A stretch of DNA of 64,000 nt from Spirochaetaceae bacterium (GCA_965224705.1 OZ245056.1:1824001-1888000), one strand, 5' to 3'. Numbered from the stretch's first letter, positions 28,969 through 39,371 are shown. Notes: generated by a model from the letters alone, not told the origin. Translations and numbers: made by a program.

Positions 28969-29935
28969 TTTCCTGCAGATCGTATTCAATCCACAGTTCG
29001 GCTATGCAATCCTGCGCGTCAGTACGCCCATACTTTTTGCAACTTTGGGGGCATTGATTTCCGATAAGGCAGGGGTAATCAACATCGCATTGGAAGGCAT
29101 CATGCTGATTGCGGCACTTTGCGGCGTTATCTTCTCAGCTCTCAGCGGATCGGCCTTCATTGGTCTTTTTGCGGCCATTCTTTTCGGCGGTCTTGCCGGT
29201 TTGAGTCTGGGATACTTTGCTTTGAAGCTGAAAACTGATGTGATACTGGCCGGGGTGGCCCTGAACCTTATTGCATCAGGCGGAACTATCTTCATACTTT
29301 ATCTGGTGGCTGGCGACAAGGGTATCTCGGCATCTCTGGCCTCCAAAGTTTTGCCAAGAATCGATATACCCCTTCTCAAAAGCATTCCTGGATTGGGCCC
29401 AATCTTCTCCGGGCACAATATTCTAACCTACTTTGCCTTCATCTCGGTCTTCATTGTCTGGTACTTCCTCTACAAGACACCCGCTGGCCTTCGGATCAGG
29501 GCTGTAGGCGAGAATGAACATGCAGCCGACTCAGCGGGAGTCAGTGTTATAAAAACCCGGTACACGGCCCTGGTAATCAGCGGTGTTCTGGCTGGATTCG
29601 GGGGTGCCTATATGTCCATGGGATACGTATCCTGGTTCAGTCGGGATATGACGGCCGGCCGGGGGTTCATTGCCCTGGCTGCCGAGGCAATGGGCGGAGC
29701 AACTCCTGTTGGAAGCATGCTCACCGCCTTACTATTTGGGTTTTTCGATGCTCTGTCCAATTCTCTCCAAATTCTCAAGATCCCATTTGAGTTTGTCGGT
29801 ATGATACCCTATGTGGCGACGGTGATTGGACTTGTTATTTATACGATACGTAAAACAGGAAAACTCCACCGCATACAGACAAGGGCCGCAGAACACATCA
29901 AGGCTACCGTAAGTTCAGGCTCAGACAGCCGCTGA
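28961..29935 (+). CDS. Nucleoside ABC transporter permease 2
   Basis: KAGVINIALEG, GLRIRAVGEN, AGRGFIALAA and MIPYV motifs. Confidence 0.92.
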   Translation: MIDFLQIVFNPQFGYAILRVSTPILFATLGALISDKAGVINIALEGIMLIAALCGVIFSALSGSAFIGLFAAILFGGLAGLSLGYFALKLKTDVILAGVALNLIASGGTIFILYLVAGDKGISASLASKVLPRIDIPLLKSIPGLGPIFSGHNILTYFAFISVFIVWYFLYKTPAGLRIRAVGENEHAADSAGVSVIKTRYTALVISGVLAGFGGAYMSMGYVSWFSRDMTAGRGFIALAAEAMGGATPVGSMLTALLFGFFDALSNSLQILKIPFEFVGMIPYVATVIGLVIYTIRKTGKLHRIQTRAAEHIKATVSSGSDSR

Positions 29936-29943
29936 AATTCTTC

Positions 29944-30033
29944 TGCTTCTGTATGGAGTTGGAGAACAGTATTTTGAATCTCTCTATAAATTGTTTTCTT
30001 ACTATGTCTACCGAGTGTCCGGAAGCATGTTAA
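29944..30033. mobile_element. Degraded fragments of the IS found at 60702-61306
   Basis: 23-bp TATAAATTGTTTTCTTACTATGT (29985-30007) is identical to 61234-61256; degenerate TIR GAGTGTCCGGAAGCATGTTAA at 30013-30033. Confidence 0.6.
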
Positions 30034-30062
30034 AATGGGGGCATCTCTTTCTTCTGCCATCC

Positions 30063-30656
30063 TTACTCATTACTACTGTTATCTTCCTGTGCCAATCGTT
30101 TCAATTCCTGCATTGCGGCATCACACCATTCCAACTCCGCAGTGTAGAACCTCAAGCCAAAATCCAATGATAGCTTCCAATAGGGGATTTCAGACTGGAT
30201 TTCTGGTTGAGACTCATTGCTTAATTCCTCAGTAAGGTAGGTATTGATATCGTCGAGATTGTGGAGAACATCTTCACAGTGAGTTTTTCGATGTTCAATC
30301 TTTTCTATGAGTTTTTTCGGACTCAGCATATTGCCGTAGAACACCTGGAGAAGAAGTTCCTCTCTAAGCTTCCTGATTTCAGGTATCTGATGGAGCCAGT
30401 CTTTGAATTCCTGACGCCCGGCATCGGTGATGGTGTATACTTTTTTGTCCGGGCGGCTTTCCTGTTGGAACTTCTCCATAGTTACTGCGCCCTCAGCTTC
30501 CATTTTCTTCAGTAATGGATAGATGTTGCTGTAGTTCTCCGACCAGAAATGACTGATTGATTTATCACACAGGTTCTTAATCTCATACCCGCTCATGGAT
30601 GTCATGTTGAGCATTCCAAGTAAGGCATAACGGCTTTTGCTTTTTCTAGGCAACAA
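30063..30656 (-). CDS. PadR-family transcriptional regulator with AphA-like C-terminal domain
   Basis: YALLGML...SGYEI...FW......IYP.L..ME..G, RPDKKVYTITDAGR..F..WL, LDFGL...AELEW. Confidence 0.93.
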   Translation of the reverse strand: MLPRKSKSRYALLGMLNMTSMSGYEIKNLCDKSISHFWSENYSNIYPLLKKMEAEGAVTMEKFQQESRPDKKVYTITDAGRQEFKDWLHQIPEIRKLREELLLQVFYGNMLSPKKLIEKIEHRKTHCEDVLHNLDDINTYLTEELSNESQPEIQSEIPYWKLSLDFGLRFYTAELEWCDAAMQELKRLAQEDNSSNE

Positions 30657-30848
30657 TGTGTCCTTTACAGTAATTGAGAAGATTGCTGGAAGACAGCAGG
30701 CCGGTATTTCTACAGGATATCATGTGATCTGGACCTGCACTATAAGAAATAATAGTTCTCACAACCCTCCGGTTACCCCAATATACAGGAAGCAGAAAAA
30801 AGAGTCCAGCAAAGAAAAAAAGAATATTTACAAAAAAAATATAAATAA

Positions 30849-30905
30849 TTGACATATTCCATTAATGTACATATATTGTTATGCATAAGATGAACGATCA
30901 GTTCA
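30849..30905 (+). promoter_or_regulatory. Promoter and candidate operator(s) of the envelope operon
   Basis: TTGACA (30849)-17 nt-TATATT (30872); palindromes ATGTACAT, TTATGCATAA and ATGAAC-N5-GTTCAT (30889-30905). Confidence 0.6.
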
Positions 30906-30932
30906 TTCACAAAAAGACAGAAGAGGTGAATA

Positions 30933-31673
30933 ATGAAATTTACAATACTATTGATGATTTTGGTGGTGACTGGTATGACAGGTTTGGCTGGCGAGGCGAT
31001 CTGGGACACTTTCTATGAAATGGCAGGATCCCGGGAAGAAGCCGAGGCCACAAGCCTGGATTCCACCGATGCTCAGGCCCTGAAAAAGGCGGGTGTCTAT
31101 TACTTCGCCCTGGTGAACGGTGTGAATTCAGTCAAAATAGATAAAAAGAACAGAGTTGATAATGCTAAAACAGCGATGGATTACTTTGAAGCGGCCTATA
31201 CACAGGATAGGAAGAATCCCGAATTAGGAACCTGGAGAGCCACATCGACATTGTCGTACGCCGGTGCTGTAAAAAAACTGTCAATTAAGATCAAGTACTC
31301 CAATATGGGGATTTCTTATTATAACCAGGTACCCACAGGTCAGAGGAACAATCTGGATTACCTGGCCATGCGCATCATTTCTTACAGCCAGGTCCCGAAA
31401 AGTTTTAAGAATCTAACAGATATCGTTAAAAGTGATGCTGAGAACTACATGACTATCTATAACTCCTTGACTCAGAATCCAGGAACACATGAATACCTTA
31501 AGGAAACAGTCAAGGTTATGCATGCTTATGCTTATTTTATTACTGGGAAAAGAGATATCGCAAAGAAACATGTACTCACCGTTGATGAAGATCTATTGCT
31601 GAGAGGTCAGGGAGCGGATACCACAACAGCTGATTACTTCTTTCGAATGAAGAAAAAACTGAAAATCAAGTAG
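30933..31673 (+). CDS. Secreted alpha-helical (TPR-like) protein
   Basis: Signal peptide without Cys; helical-repeat pattern (AMDYFEAAY...NPE); SD GAGGTG. Confidence 0.6.
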   Translation: MKFTILLMILVVTGMTGLAGEAIWDTFYEMAGSREEAEATSLDSTDAQALKKAGVYYFALVNGVNSVKIDKKNRVDNAKTAMDYFEAAYTQDRKNPELGTWRATSTLSYAGAVKKLSIKIKYSNMGISYYNQVPTGQRNNLDYLAMRIISYSQVPKSFKNLTDIVKSDAENYMTIYNSLTQNPGTHEYLKETVKVMHAYAYFITGKRDIAKKHVLTVDEDLLLRGQGADTTTADYFFRMKKKLKIK

Positions 31674-31692
31674 GAGGAAGAGATAACTATTG

Positions 31693-32379
31693 ATGAACAA
31701 GTCAACCATTGTCAAAGTTGAAAATCTTCATAAATCCTATGTCATGGGCAAAATCAAAGTACCGGCACTCAGAGGACTAAGCTATGCTTTCAAGGAAGGC
31801 TTCACTGTTGTAGCAGGACCTTCGGGGAGTGGAAAGAGCACTCTTCTCAACATCCTGGGATGCCTGGATTCGCCAACTTCAGGGGATGTACATCTTGGAG
31901 GTGAAAACGTTACAAGGCTGGATGAGGCTGCCCGCAGCCGTTTAAGGCGCAACTACATCGGATTCATCTTCCAGAGTTTCAGTCTTATTCCTGTCTTATC
32001 GGTTTTTGACAACGTAGAATACCCAATCCTACGCTCCGAATTAACAAAAACAATGCGCAAGGAAAGGGTGTCCAATCTTCTTGAGGAAGTAGGGCTGGGG
32101 GATTTCATGCACAGGTTTCCAAGGGAACTGTCGGGAGGGCAAATGCAGAGGGTGGCCATTGCCAGAGCCCTGGTGGCTCATCCAAAACTCATCATTGCAG
32201 ATGAACCAACAGCCAACCTGGATTCCAAAACAGGGCAGAGGATCCTGGAACTTCTCGGTCGAATACAGGATGAACAGGGAGCTTCGGTTATTATTGCCTC
32301 CCACGACGGCAATGTTCTGGACAGGATTACAACACAATTATTCATTCAGGATGGAGTTATATACAATGGAAACAATTGA
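31693..32379 (+). CDS. LolD/MacB-type ABC ATP-binding protein
   Basis: [30 protein letters not shown] and ADEPTANLD motifs. Confidence 0.93.
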   Translation: MNKSTIVKVENLHKSYVMGKIKVPALRGLSYAFKEGFTVVAGPSGSGKSTLLNILGCLDSPTSGDVHLGGENVTRLDEAARSRLRRNYIGFIFQSFSLIPVLSVFDNVEYPILRSELTKTMRKERVSNLLEEVGLGDFMHRFPRELSGGQMQRVAIARALVAHPKLIIADEPTANLDSKTGQRILELLGRIQDEQGASVIIASHDGNVLDRITTQLFIQDGVIYNGNN

Positions 32380-33595
32380 ATTAAAAATCGCCGTTAGAAA
32401 CCTGATAGCAAATTCCAGAAGAACTCTTCTGACTCTTTTTATTATTATCATTGGTTTAACGGCAATTCTTTTCATTGCCGGTTACATCAACATGGTTCGA
32501 GTTGGATTTGGAGAAATACTGATCGGTGAGAAATACACTCATTTCCAAATATACAGAAAAGGGTTTCTGGAATTGGATGACAGATCTTCCATGAAGTTTT
32601 CACTATCCCCCGATGATATTGCAACTATTGAATCAATTTTGCTGAAGCGAGATGAGGTGATGGCTGTGTTTCCGAGAATCAATGTACAGGGAGTCATCGG
32701 GAATGTGGATGTATCCAAGCTCTTCCTCGGCTACGGTTCCGATCCTTATTATGAAAACCTCATGACTTATGGAACTATTCTGGAAGGGATGAAGCTGTCG
32801 GAGGAGGATCCCTACATGTGTGTTATCGGATCAGGTCTGGCTGAAAAACTCAACGCTTCGCTGGATGACCCACTGTTGGTTTCGGTTCCAAATGACGGTG
32901 GAGGACTTGAAGCAGAAAGCCTTGTCGTCGGCGGAATTGCCAATTTTGGCCCCAAGGAACTCAACGATACAGCGGTACTGGTTTCTCTGGAAGTCGCTCG
33001 ATCGCTTCATTATACAGAGAATGCCCAATCTATTATGGTGCTGCTTGATGAAACAAAACATCTTGAAGAAACGTATGCGTACTTCCTGGATGAAGCCGAC
33101 AAAGCAAATCTGGACATTGAAACAAAAACATGGATTGAGATGGATCCCTTCTACCTTTCGGTCATGAGAGATTACACCTTTCAGCTTAATCTGATCGCTA
33201 CAATTTTTCTTTTTGTTATACTGCTGGCCGTCAGCAATACAATTTACATGGCCATCATTGAAAGAACTCCGGAAATTGGAACATTGAGAGCCATTGGAAT
33301 TTCCCGGATGGAGATAATAAGAACCATCCTTCTGGAGGGATTGATTCTGGGAATAATTGGAGTATTGTCAGGTGTGGGCATCGGATATCTCATTCAGTAC
33401 ATACTGCGCATTGTCTACGTTGAGCTTCCCCCCCCGCCCTCCCTGACAGAACCCATACGGCTGGCCATTCAACTGAGAGTTCAGGATGTTGTTTTCTACA
33501 GCGGACTTCTTGCTGTTTGTTCCGTAATCGCAACACTGTTCCCCGGGCTCAAAGCATCCAATACGAATATTGTTTCAGCAATCAGACACGCTTAG
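32366..33595 (+). CDS. FtsX/LolE-type ABC permease
   Basis: IAVRNL..N.RRT, large periplasmic domain, ERTPEIGTLRAIG and C-terminal AIR. Confidence 0.92.
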   Translation: METIELKIAVRNLIANSRRTLLTLFIIIIGLTAILFIAGYINMVRVGFGEILIGEKYTHFQIYRKGFLELDDRSSMKFSLSPDDIATIESILLKRDEVMAVFPRINVQGVIGNVDVSKLFLGYGSDPYYENLMTYGTILEGMKLSEEDPYMCVIGSGLAEKLNASLDDPLLVSVPNDGGGLEAESLVVGGIANFGPKELNDTAVLVSLEVARSLHYTENAQSIMVLLDETKHLEETYAYFLDEADKANLDIETKTWIEMDPFYLSVMRDYTFQLNLIATIFLFVILLAVSNTIYMAIIERTPEIGTLRAIGISRMEIIRTILLEGLILGIIGVLSGVGIGYLIQYILRIVYVELPPPPSLTEPIRLAIQLRVQDVVFYSGLLAVCSVIATLFPGLKASNTNIVSAIRHA

Positions 33596-33604
33596 GAGGT
33601 TGTT

Positions 33605-34333
33605 ATGAGAATCAAGTGTTTTTTATCATTGTTCCTTGCATTGAATATGGGACTGTTTGCCCAGAACCAGACAGACCAGGAATTTCTGGACGCATTGAGA
33701 AGTGAAAGCGGTTTTGCTCCTCAGTTCAAGGCTGAAATGCTCTTCGAGGTCAGTACACCGGGAGGAGCACCCTCATCAGCGACTCTTACACTCTATGAAA
33801 ATAGCGGTAGCTCTATCGCCAAATTCCTCAGTCCGGCAAGAGATAAAGGGAAAACAGTTTTGCAAAAGGGAAGCAAGTACTGGATGTATTTTCCAAAAGC
33901 AAAGCGGTCCACAGTCCTTTCGCCCCTGGCGAATATGGTGGGGAATGCATCCAATGGAGATGTTCTCAGACCCCCAAAAGCCTCTCTTTATGATATTACC
34001 CTGCTTGACACAGAGCCCAGGGTAGGAAATCGAGTTGTGCAGTTTATAGCATCAGCACGAACAGCCCCCTATGGCAAAGTTATTTCCCATTATGAAGATG
34101 ATAAAATACTCGAATCAGAAATGTATACGCGCAGTGGAATACTGATGAAAAAATCCTATTTCTATGAACACAGGAAGAATACCGAAGGGTTTGGATGGAT
34201 GCCTCTCAAGAGCCGCATTGTTGATGGTCAAAATGAGGAAAAGTTCACCGATATAACCTTTACGAATGTCGAGATCCTTAAGAATATCAATGAAAACTGG
34301 TTCAATCCCAATAATTTGGGAAGAGTTCGGTAA
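33605..34333 (+). CDS. LolA-like outer-membrane lipoprotein-sorting protein
   Basis: Signal peptide, F.SPARDKG..VL.....WMYFP, G.ASNGD, APYGK and WFNPNNL. Confidence 0.85.
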   Translation: MRIKCFLSLFLALNMGLFAQNQTDQEFLDALRSESGFAPQFKAEMLFEVSTPGGAPSSATLTLYENSGSSIAKFLSPARDKGKTVLQKGSKYWMYFPKAKRSTVLSPLANMVGNASNGDVLRPPKASLYDITLLDTEPRVGNRVVQFIASARTAPYGKVISHYEDDKILESEMYTRSGILMKKSYFYEHRKNTEGFGWMPLKSRIVDGQNEEKFTDITFTNVEILKNINENWFNPNNLGRVR

Positions 34334-35730
34334 TGAAGGGGCAGAGAATTGATATCAGGACTATCTTCTGTCTGTCTCTGGGCAGTTTGATTCTTTCAGG
34401 TGAGGAATCGTTGTCCGCTCAGGCAATAACGGCCGCCGCCTCTGCGGAGTTCAAATGGCATCCTTATGGCAGCGTAATTAACAGTCAATCGGCCCTGAAT
34501 CCCGATAATTATCTGAAATTGCAAAACCTGACTAACAGGGCTGCATCATCATTCTGGTTTGACATTTACTTTGGAAACTTCATGCAGCTCAGCGGGAACA
34601 TGGAATTGACGGCCAATAATAACCGAAGTCAGCGGCTGATCGATACCTCTACCGGTGAGGATTATTCCACTCTGGGCGATCTCACCCTGGGATTTGATCA
34701 GATTTATCTTGAGTGGACAACTCCAAACTACTGGTATCTTGGGTATGGGAAGTATCCACTTCGATATGGATATTCCCGCGTTTACTCTCCCCTGAATTAT
34801 ACAGCCCGAGCTCTGGATTATCGGGACACCCTGGGTCAGTGGAATGGGTGGTTTAAGGGAAATATTGGCCCCGTCAATTTTGCGTTGAACTACTTGCCTT
34901 CGGTTCGGTTTAAAAGCAACCCAAATGATAAGAATGACGTAGAGAGGTTTTTCTCAAGCATGGAAACCCTTACCGATAGACAAACCCTCATTGTATCCAT
35001 GTCCGGATTTTTCTTCGACAGCCTGGATACCAGTCTGTATTTCAATATGCAGGATAAGAATCATTATGACTTCCAGGAATTCTATCTCTCCATGGGAGGC
35101 GGTTTTTCCTGGTCCATTCTGGACAAGCTTATCTGGCGATCGGAATTTCTCTATGGAAACGGTTATGATGATGTGAAGGTTGTACAGTCTTCCGGCACCA
35201 GCATTCCTGTTCTTCCTCAGCAGGAATGGATTGATCGAAATCTCAATCAATACTTTGCCAAAGCTCTCACCGGTCTTACCGTTACCATCCCGGGTGATAT
35301 TGAGTTATCCGCCGAATACTACTTCAATGGGGCCGGACTGTCGGCCTCCGACCGCAGGGATTTCATCGATGCCCTGAAGATTTCAGGCGATGCCCTGGAG
35401 AATGCATCTTTTGGTGAAGATGTGAAATCGGCCTATAAAGGATTTCTCGGGGCTGGAATTGACAACTGGAAAGTTTACGAGTTGGGCCAGCACTATGCGT
35501 TTTTGCAAATAAGAAAGCTTGGCCTTTTCCAGAGATTGGATATCATCAATACATCTATTCTGCTGGCAGATGATCTGTCATTTGCGAACGTCACGACTCT
35601 GACATACAATTTCAGCGACAATTTCACTGCAGGAGCAGAAATCCGATTCTTTCTGTTCCCGAATGATGGCGCCTACAGTCTGACGCCGGAAGCATTTCGG
35701 TGTGAACTGAATGCTCAATATAGTTTCTAG
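34333..35730 (+). CDS. Outer-membrane beta-barrel protein
   Basis: Signal peptide, aromatic-rich amphipathic strands (QIYLEW, G..PL.YG, AEYYFNG.G) and C-terminal AQYSF. Confidence 0.75.
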   Translation: MKGQRIDIRTIFCLSLGSLILSGEESLSAQAITAAASAEFKWHPYGSVINSQSALNPDNYLKLQNLTNRAASSFWFDIYFGNFMQLSGNMELTANNNRSQRLIDTSTGEDYSTLGDLTLGFDQIYLEWTTPNYWYLGYGKYPLRYGYSRVYSPLNYTARALDYRDTLGQWNGWFKGNIGPVNFALNYLPSVRFKSNPNDKNDVERFFSSMETLTDRQTLIVSMSGFFFDSLDTSLYFNMQDKNHYDFQEFYLSMGGGFSWSILDKLIWRSEFLYGNGYDDVKVVQSSGTSIPVLPQQEWIDRNLNQYFAKALTGLTVTIPGDIELSAEYYFNGAGLSASDRRDFIDALKISGDALENASFGEDVKSAYKGFLGAGIDNWKVYELGQHYAFLQIRKLGLFQRLDIINTSILLADDLSFANVTTLTYNFSDNFTAGAEIRFFLFPNDGAYSLTPEAFRCELNAQYSF

Positions 35731-35738
35731 GGGGAAAA

Positions 35739-36938
35739 ATGACCAGGATTAAACGGGCTCTGCTGAGTTCACTTCTAATAACGGTATCCGCTGTGGGATG
35801 GTCGCAGGCAGAAATCAAGGATGATAGTTATTTGATCAAAGAAATCAATATCTCGGATTCAGATATGTCTGACACATATATCCGGCGGCTTCTGACCTTC
35901 AAGGAAGGCGACCATATGTCCGATGAGGAACTGGAAAAGGCCCTGTCACTCTCACGGGTGCTGGCACAGAACGACAGTAGTATTTACTTAATTGAGTTTG
36001 AGACCCGGAAAAATAACTCTGACCTGTTTGTTGAAGTCATTGTGTACGATGCCGTTGTGAAGTTCTCCTTTGGAGCATTCTCAACGGGTCCTGTCATTGA
36101 ATATCGAAACCTGTTTGGAGAGGGCATTGATGTGGGCACTCATCTGGGTTTTTCCCGGCAAATGCTGTCTCTGAACTGGAAACGGATAGCCAATGCCCCC
36201 ATTGGCTTCTCCTTTCTGGCTGGCCATCAGATTTTTAATGAATTCGAGGCAGACTACCGGACATCAGCCCTTGGTTCCACCAACCGCCTGTATCTCTGGC
36301 TTGGACGTCACATTAATCTGGGTGTGCTGAATGAAGTCTATGCAAACCTCAGCGGCGGATGGGAAGAGGCCGGAGGTATCACAACTCTGGGTCTTGGCGG
36401 GTATCTCCACATGGACTACTACTACCTTATTGACCTGGTCGATATAGGATTTGAGCTGGATGCCGGATATCTTCATTACTTGCAGGATTTAAACAATGCC
36501 AACAAAGTCTATGCTAAGAGCAGGATATACATTCGTCCATTCAATACCAATCGGATGGCCTTTGAAATCGCCGCACATTTACATCTAGCCGATAATGATC
36601 TGGTATCCCGGGGGAAGAATGCCTTATCAGCGGATACGGGCCGAACAGCCTGGGATCTCGGACTCTACATTCCTGTTCTACTGGGCAGAATCTCCGGCGG
36701 TGCGGAATACTACATAGGCCTGGAACCCGGTGTTATCATGGGAAGGGCTGGAACCGATGAGTTGGAATTATCCAATCCCAATGTGGGAATTTCTCTTGCA
36801 CCAGTTTTACAAATCGGATTTCCCGCTTCGATAAAAGTGGCGGCAAGATTGATATATAATATAAGCGAGGAGAGGTTTTCGTTTCATCTTGGATTCAGCA
36901 ACATGCCCTATACGAAAGAATTGGATAAGGGGTGGTAG
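35739..36938 (+). CDS. Small Omp85/BamA-TamA-like protein with one POTRA domain
   Basis: Signal peptide; POTRA-like IKEINIS...IRRLL.FKEGD....EELEKA; barrel start YRNLFGEG; last strand FSFHLGF. Confidence 0.65.
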   Translation: MTRIKRALLSSLLITVSAVGWSQAEIKDDSYLIKEINISDSDMSDTYIRRLLTFKEGDHMSDEELEKALSLSRVLAQNDSSIYLIEFETRKNNSDLFVEVIVYDAVVKFSFGAFSTGPVIEYRNLFGEGIDVGTHLGFSRQMLSLNWKRIANAPIGFSFLAGHQIFNEFEADYRTSALGSTNRLYLWLGRHINLGVLNEVYANLSGGWEEAGGITTLGLGGYLHMDYYYLIDLVDIGFELDAGYLHYLQDLNNANKVYAKSRIYIRPFNTNRMAFEIAAHLHLADNDLVSRGKNALSADTGRTAWDLGLYIPVLLGRISGGAEYYIGLEPGVIMGRAGTDELELSNPNVGISLAPVLQIGFPASIKVAARLIYNISEERFSFHLGFSNMPYTKELDKGW

Positions 36939-36955
36939 GATGAAATGCAATGCCG

Positions 36956-37696
36956 CTACAGTATATGTCTGAGAAATTCCCTGGTTCTCTCTTCTTTCTG
37001 ATTGTCGAATACATCCTCTGATGTCCCAACCTCAACAATTTCTCCTTCATCCATGAAGACAACGCGGTCTGCCGCAGCCCTGGCAAAACCCATCTCATGG
37101 GAAACAACCATCATAGTCATTCCATCTCTAGCCAGATCCAGCATAACATCAAGGACTTCTTTGACCATTTCCGGATCAAGGGCACTGGTTGGTTCATCAA
37201 AGAGCATAACTTTTGGTTCCATAGCCAGAGCTCTGGCAATAGCAACCCTCTGTTTCTGACCCCCTGAAAGCTGTCCGGGATAGGCATCTTCCCTGTCGGC
37301 CAGGCCAACGCGGCTTAACAGTTCCCTGGCCTTGAATTCCGCATCCCTGCGGCTGAGTTTTTTCACCTTGACCGGTGCCAGGCAGATGTTATCGAGAACT
37401 GAAAGATGGGGAAAAAGATTGAATCCCTGAAAAACCATGCCGGTTTCTTCCCGGATCTTTCGAATATCCGCATCAGGGCCAACCAATGGATCACCATCAA
37501 CGAATATCTGTCCGCCCGTCAGAGTTTCCAGGCGATTTATGCTGCGGAGAAGAGTGCTTTTTCCCGATCCCGAAGGTCCGATAACAAGGATAACTTCACC
37601 TTCAGCAACCTGCAGGCTGACCTTCTTCAGAGCCATGACGACCCCGAAATCCTTCTCCACATTCTGAATGTCAACCATAGTTTTCCTATCGTTCAT
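36956..37696 (-). CDS. Polar amino-acid ABC transporter ATP-binding protein (GlnQ-like)
   Basis: [34 protein letters not shown] and HEMGFA motifs. Confidence 0.95.
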   Translation of the reverse strand: MNDRKTMVDIQNVEKDFGVVMALKKVSLQVAEGEVILVIGPSGSGKSTLLRSINRLETLTGGQIFVDGDPLVGPDADIRKIREETGMVFQGFNLFPHLSVLDNICLAPVKVKKLSRRDAEFKARELLSRVGLADREDAYPGQLSGGQKQRVAIARALAMEPKVMLFDEPTSALDPEMVKEVLDVMLDLARDGMTMMVVSHEMGFARAAADRVVFMDEGEIVEVGTSEDVFDNQKEERTREFLRHIL

Positions 37697-38486
37697 GGCG
37701 TTTCATCCTGTCTTCAATCAAAGCGACTATTCTTGAAAGGATCAGTGTGCAGGCCAGGTACACAAGTGCAACCATTGCATAGGTTTCCAGGGAGAGGAAT
37801 GTCCGGGAGACATATTCACGCCCGCGGCGGAGTATATCCCTCAGCGCGATAACCGATACCAGAGAAGAATCCTTGAGCATGGCAATGAACTCGTTTCCTA
37901 TTGCGGGTATGATGATTTTTAACGTCTGCGGCATGATGATGTAGCGCATCGCTTGAGTTCGGGAAAGTCCTACAGCCAATGCGGCTTCCATCTGCCCTCT
38001 GGGTATGGCTTCAATACCGGCTCGAAAAATTTCGCCCATGTAGGCTCCGTAGCATACTGACAGGGCAATGATTGCGGCAGGAATGCCATCGAGATGGAAA
38101 AACTTACCCAGGGCAAAGTAGATGAAAATGAGCTGCACCAGGAGTGGAATCCCGCGAATCATCTCAACGTAAACACCGGAAATGAGTTGTAATATGCGAA
38201 CCTTTGCAATCTGACCCAGGCCCGTGAAAAGGCCCAGCAGCACCGATCCAGAGATGGCACCCAGAGTAACACCAAAAGTCAGCGGAGCACCTTTAATAAC
38301 AACTCTGAATACCTGACTGTACGGATCTTTGACGACAAGGATCAGGACAATCAAACCAATAACTGTAAAAGCAATGGTAAGCCACCATGAGTTAATGATG
38401 TATCCTTTTCCTTTCGTCGGTAAGAGTGCCCCGTCCGTTACTTCTATTGGACGCGGCTCATCATGAGAATATTTCAGCGCAGCCAC
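37686..38486 (-). CDS. Polar amino-acid ABC transporter permease
   Basis: [30 protein letters not shown] and LKDSSL motifs. Confidence 0.93.
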   Translation of the reverse strand: MAALKYSHDEPRPIEVTDGALLPTKGKGYIINSWWLTIAFTVIGLIVLILVVKDPYSQVFRVVIKGAPLTFGVTLGAISGSVLLGLFTGLGQIAKVRILQLISGVYVEMIRGIPLLVQLIFIYFALGKFFHLDGIPAAIIALSVCYGAYMGEIFRAGIEAIPRGQMEAALAVGLSRTQAMRYIIMPQTLKIIIPAIGNEFIAMLKDSSLVSVIALRDILRRGREYVSRTFLSLETYAMVALVYLACTLILSRIVALIEDRMKRHER

Positions 38487-39226
38487 TTCTTGACCAGTTC
38501 GGCCTGAGTTCCATCAGCGAACACTCTGGCTATACCACTGTTAATCAGCTTGAGGAGTTCCTCATTACCTTTGTGTACAGCAATACCATATTCCTCTTCT
38601 GTGAATGGTTCACCCAGTATCTTCAGTTTACCCTTGAAGTTTTCATTAGCAGACACATAATCAACAGCAGTGACGGAATCGCATACGGCGGCATCAAGGT
38701 TGCCATTGACCAGATCTTCCACGGCCAAACCGATGTCATCATAGGCACGGCGATCAATACCGCCAATGTCTTCAACCGCAAAATCACCGGTCGTGCCCTG
38801 CTGGACACCCACTTTCATGCCAGTGAAATCAGAGAGCTGATCACCACCGCTGTAATTGAAAGGAACGATGAGAATTTGACCGGCGTTAATATAGGGATCC
38901 GAAAAATCCATTGTTAGAGCCCGTTCTTCGGTAATTGTAACAGAACTGATAATAGCATCGTAGGCACCATTGGCCAGACCGGCAAATATTCCATCCCAGC
39001 CCGTATTTTGAACTTCATACTCAAATTCTGCAGCTTCCGCTACAGCCGCCAGGAAGTCCATATCAAAACCAACTATGTCACCTTCATCGTTGACATATTC
39101 CATTGGGGGCCATGTAGCATCCGATGCAAATACATAAACCCTGCTTTCTTTCTTACAGCTATTCAAACTGATGACCATTGTTGCAGCCAGTGAAATAGCC
39201 AGAGTAATGAGAAATATTCTCTTCAT
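38474..39226 (-). CDS. Polar amino-acid ABC substrate-binding lipoprotein
   Basis: Lipobox LNSC, DATWPPME, GFDMD, TITEER, VQQGTTG and EEYGIAV. Confidence 0.93.
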   Translation of the reverse strand: MKRIFLITLAISLAATMVISLNSCKKESRVYVFASDATWPPMEYVNDEGDIVGFDMDFLAAVAEAAEFEYEVQNTGWDGIFAGLANGAYDAIISSVTITEERALTMDFSDPYINAGQILIVPFNYSGGDQLSDFTGMKVGVQQGTTGDFAVEDIGGIDRRAYDDIGLAVEDLVNGNLDAAVCDSVTAVDYVSANENFKGKLKILGEPFTEEEYGIAVHKGNEELLKLINSGIARVFADGTQAELVKKWLR

Positions 39227-39371
39227 AAATTGTTCTCCTTTCTGCCAGTTTACAGGATCGAGGAAGAAATGCGAAGTTTGTAAGCCGTAAAAAGTCAAAT
39301 TTATTGACTTTGCGCAGTCATTGCTTCCACTGGCAGTTTTGTGCTACTATGCTTCTCCATGGAGGAATTCT

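Noticed and set aside
32159..32365. Long N-terminal extension of the FtsX permease
   Set aside because: It overlaps the ATPase gene; ATG 32366 with SD GGAG fits the family start
30933..36938. Darobactin-like RiPP cluster
   Set aside because: The transport genes are similar in type, but no radical SAM maturase or short precursor peptide is visible
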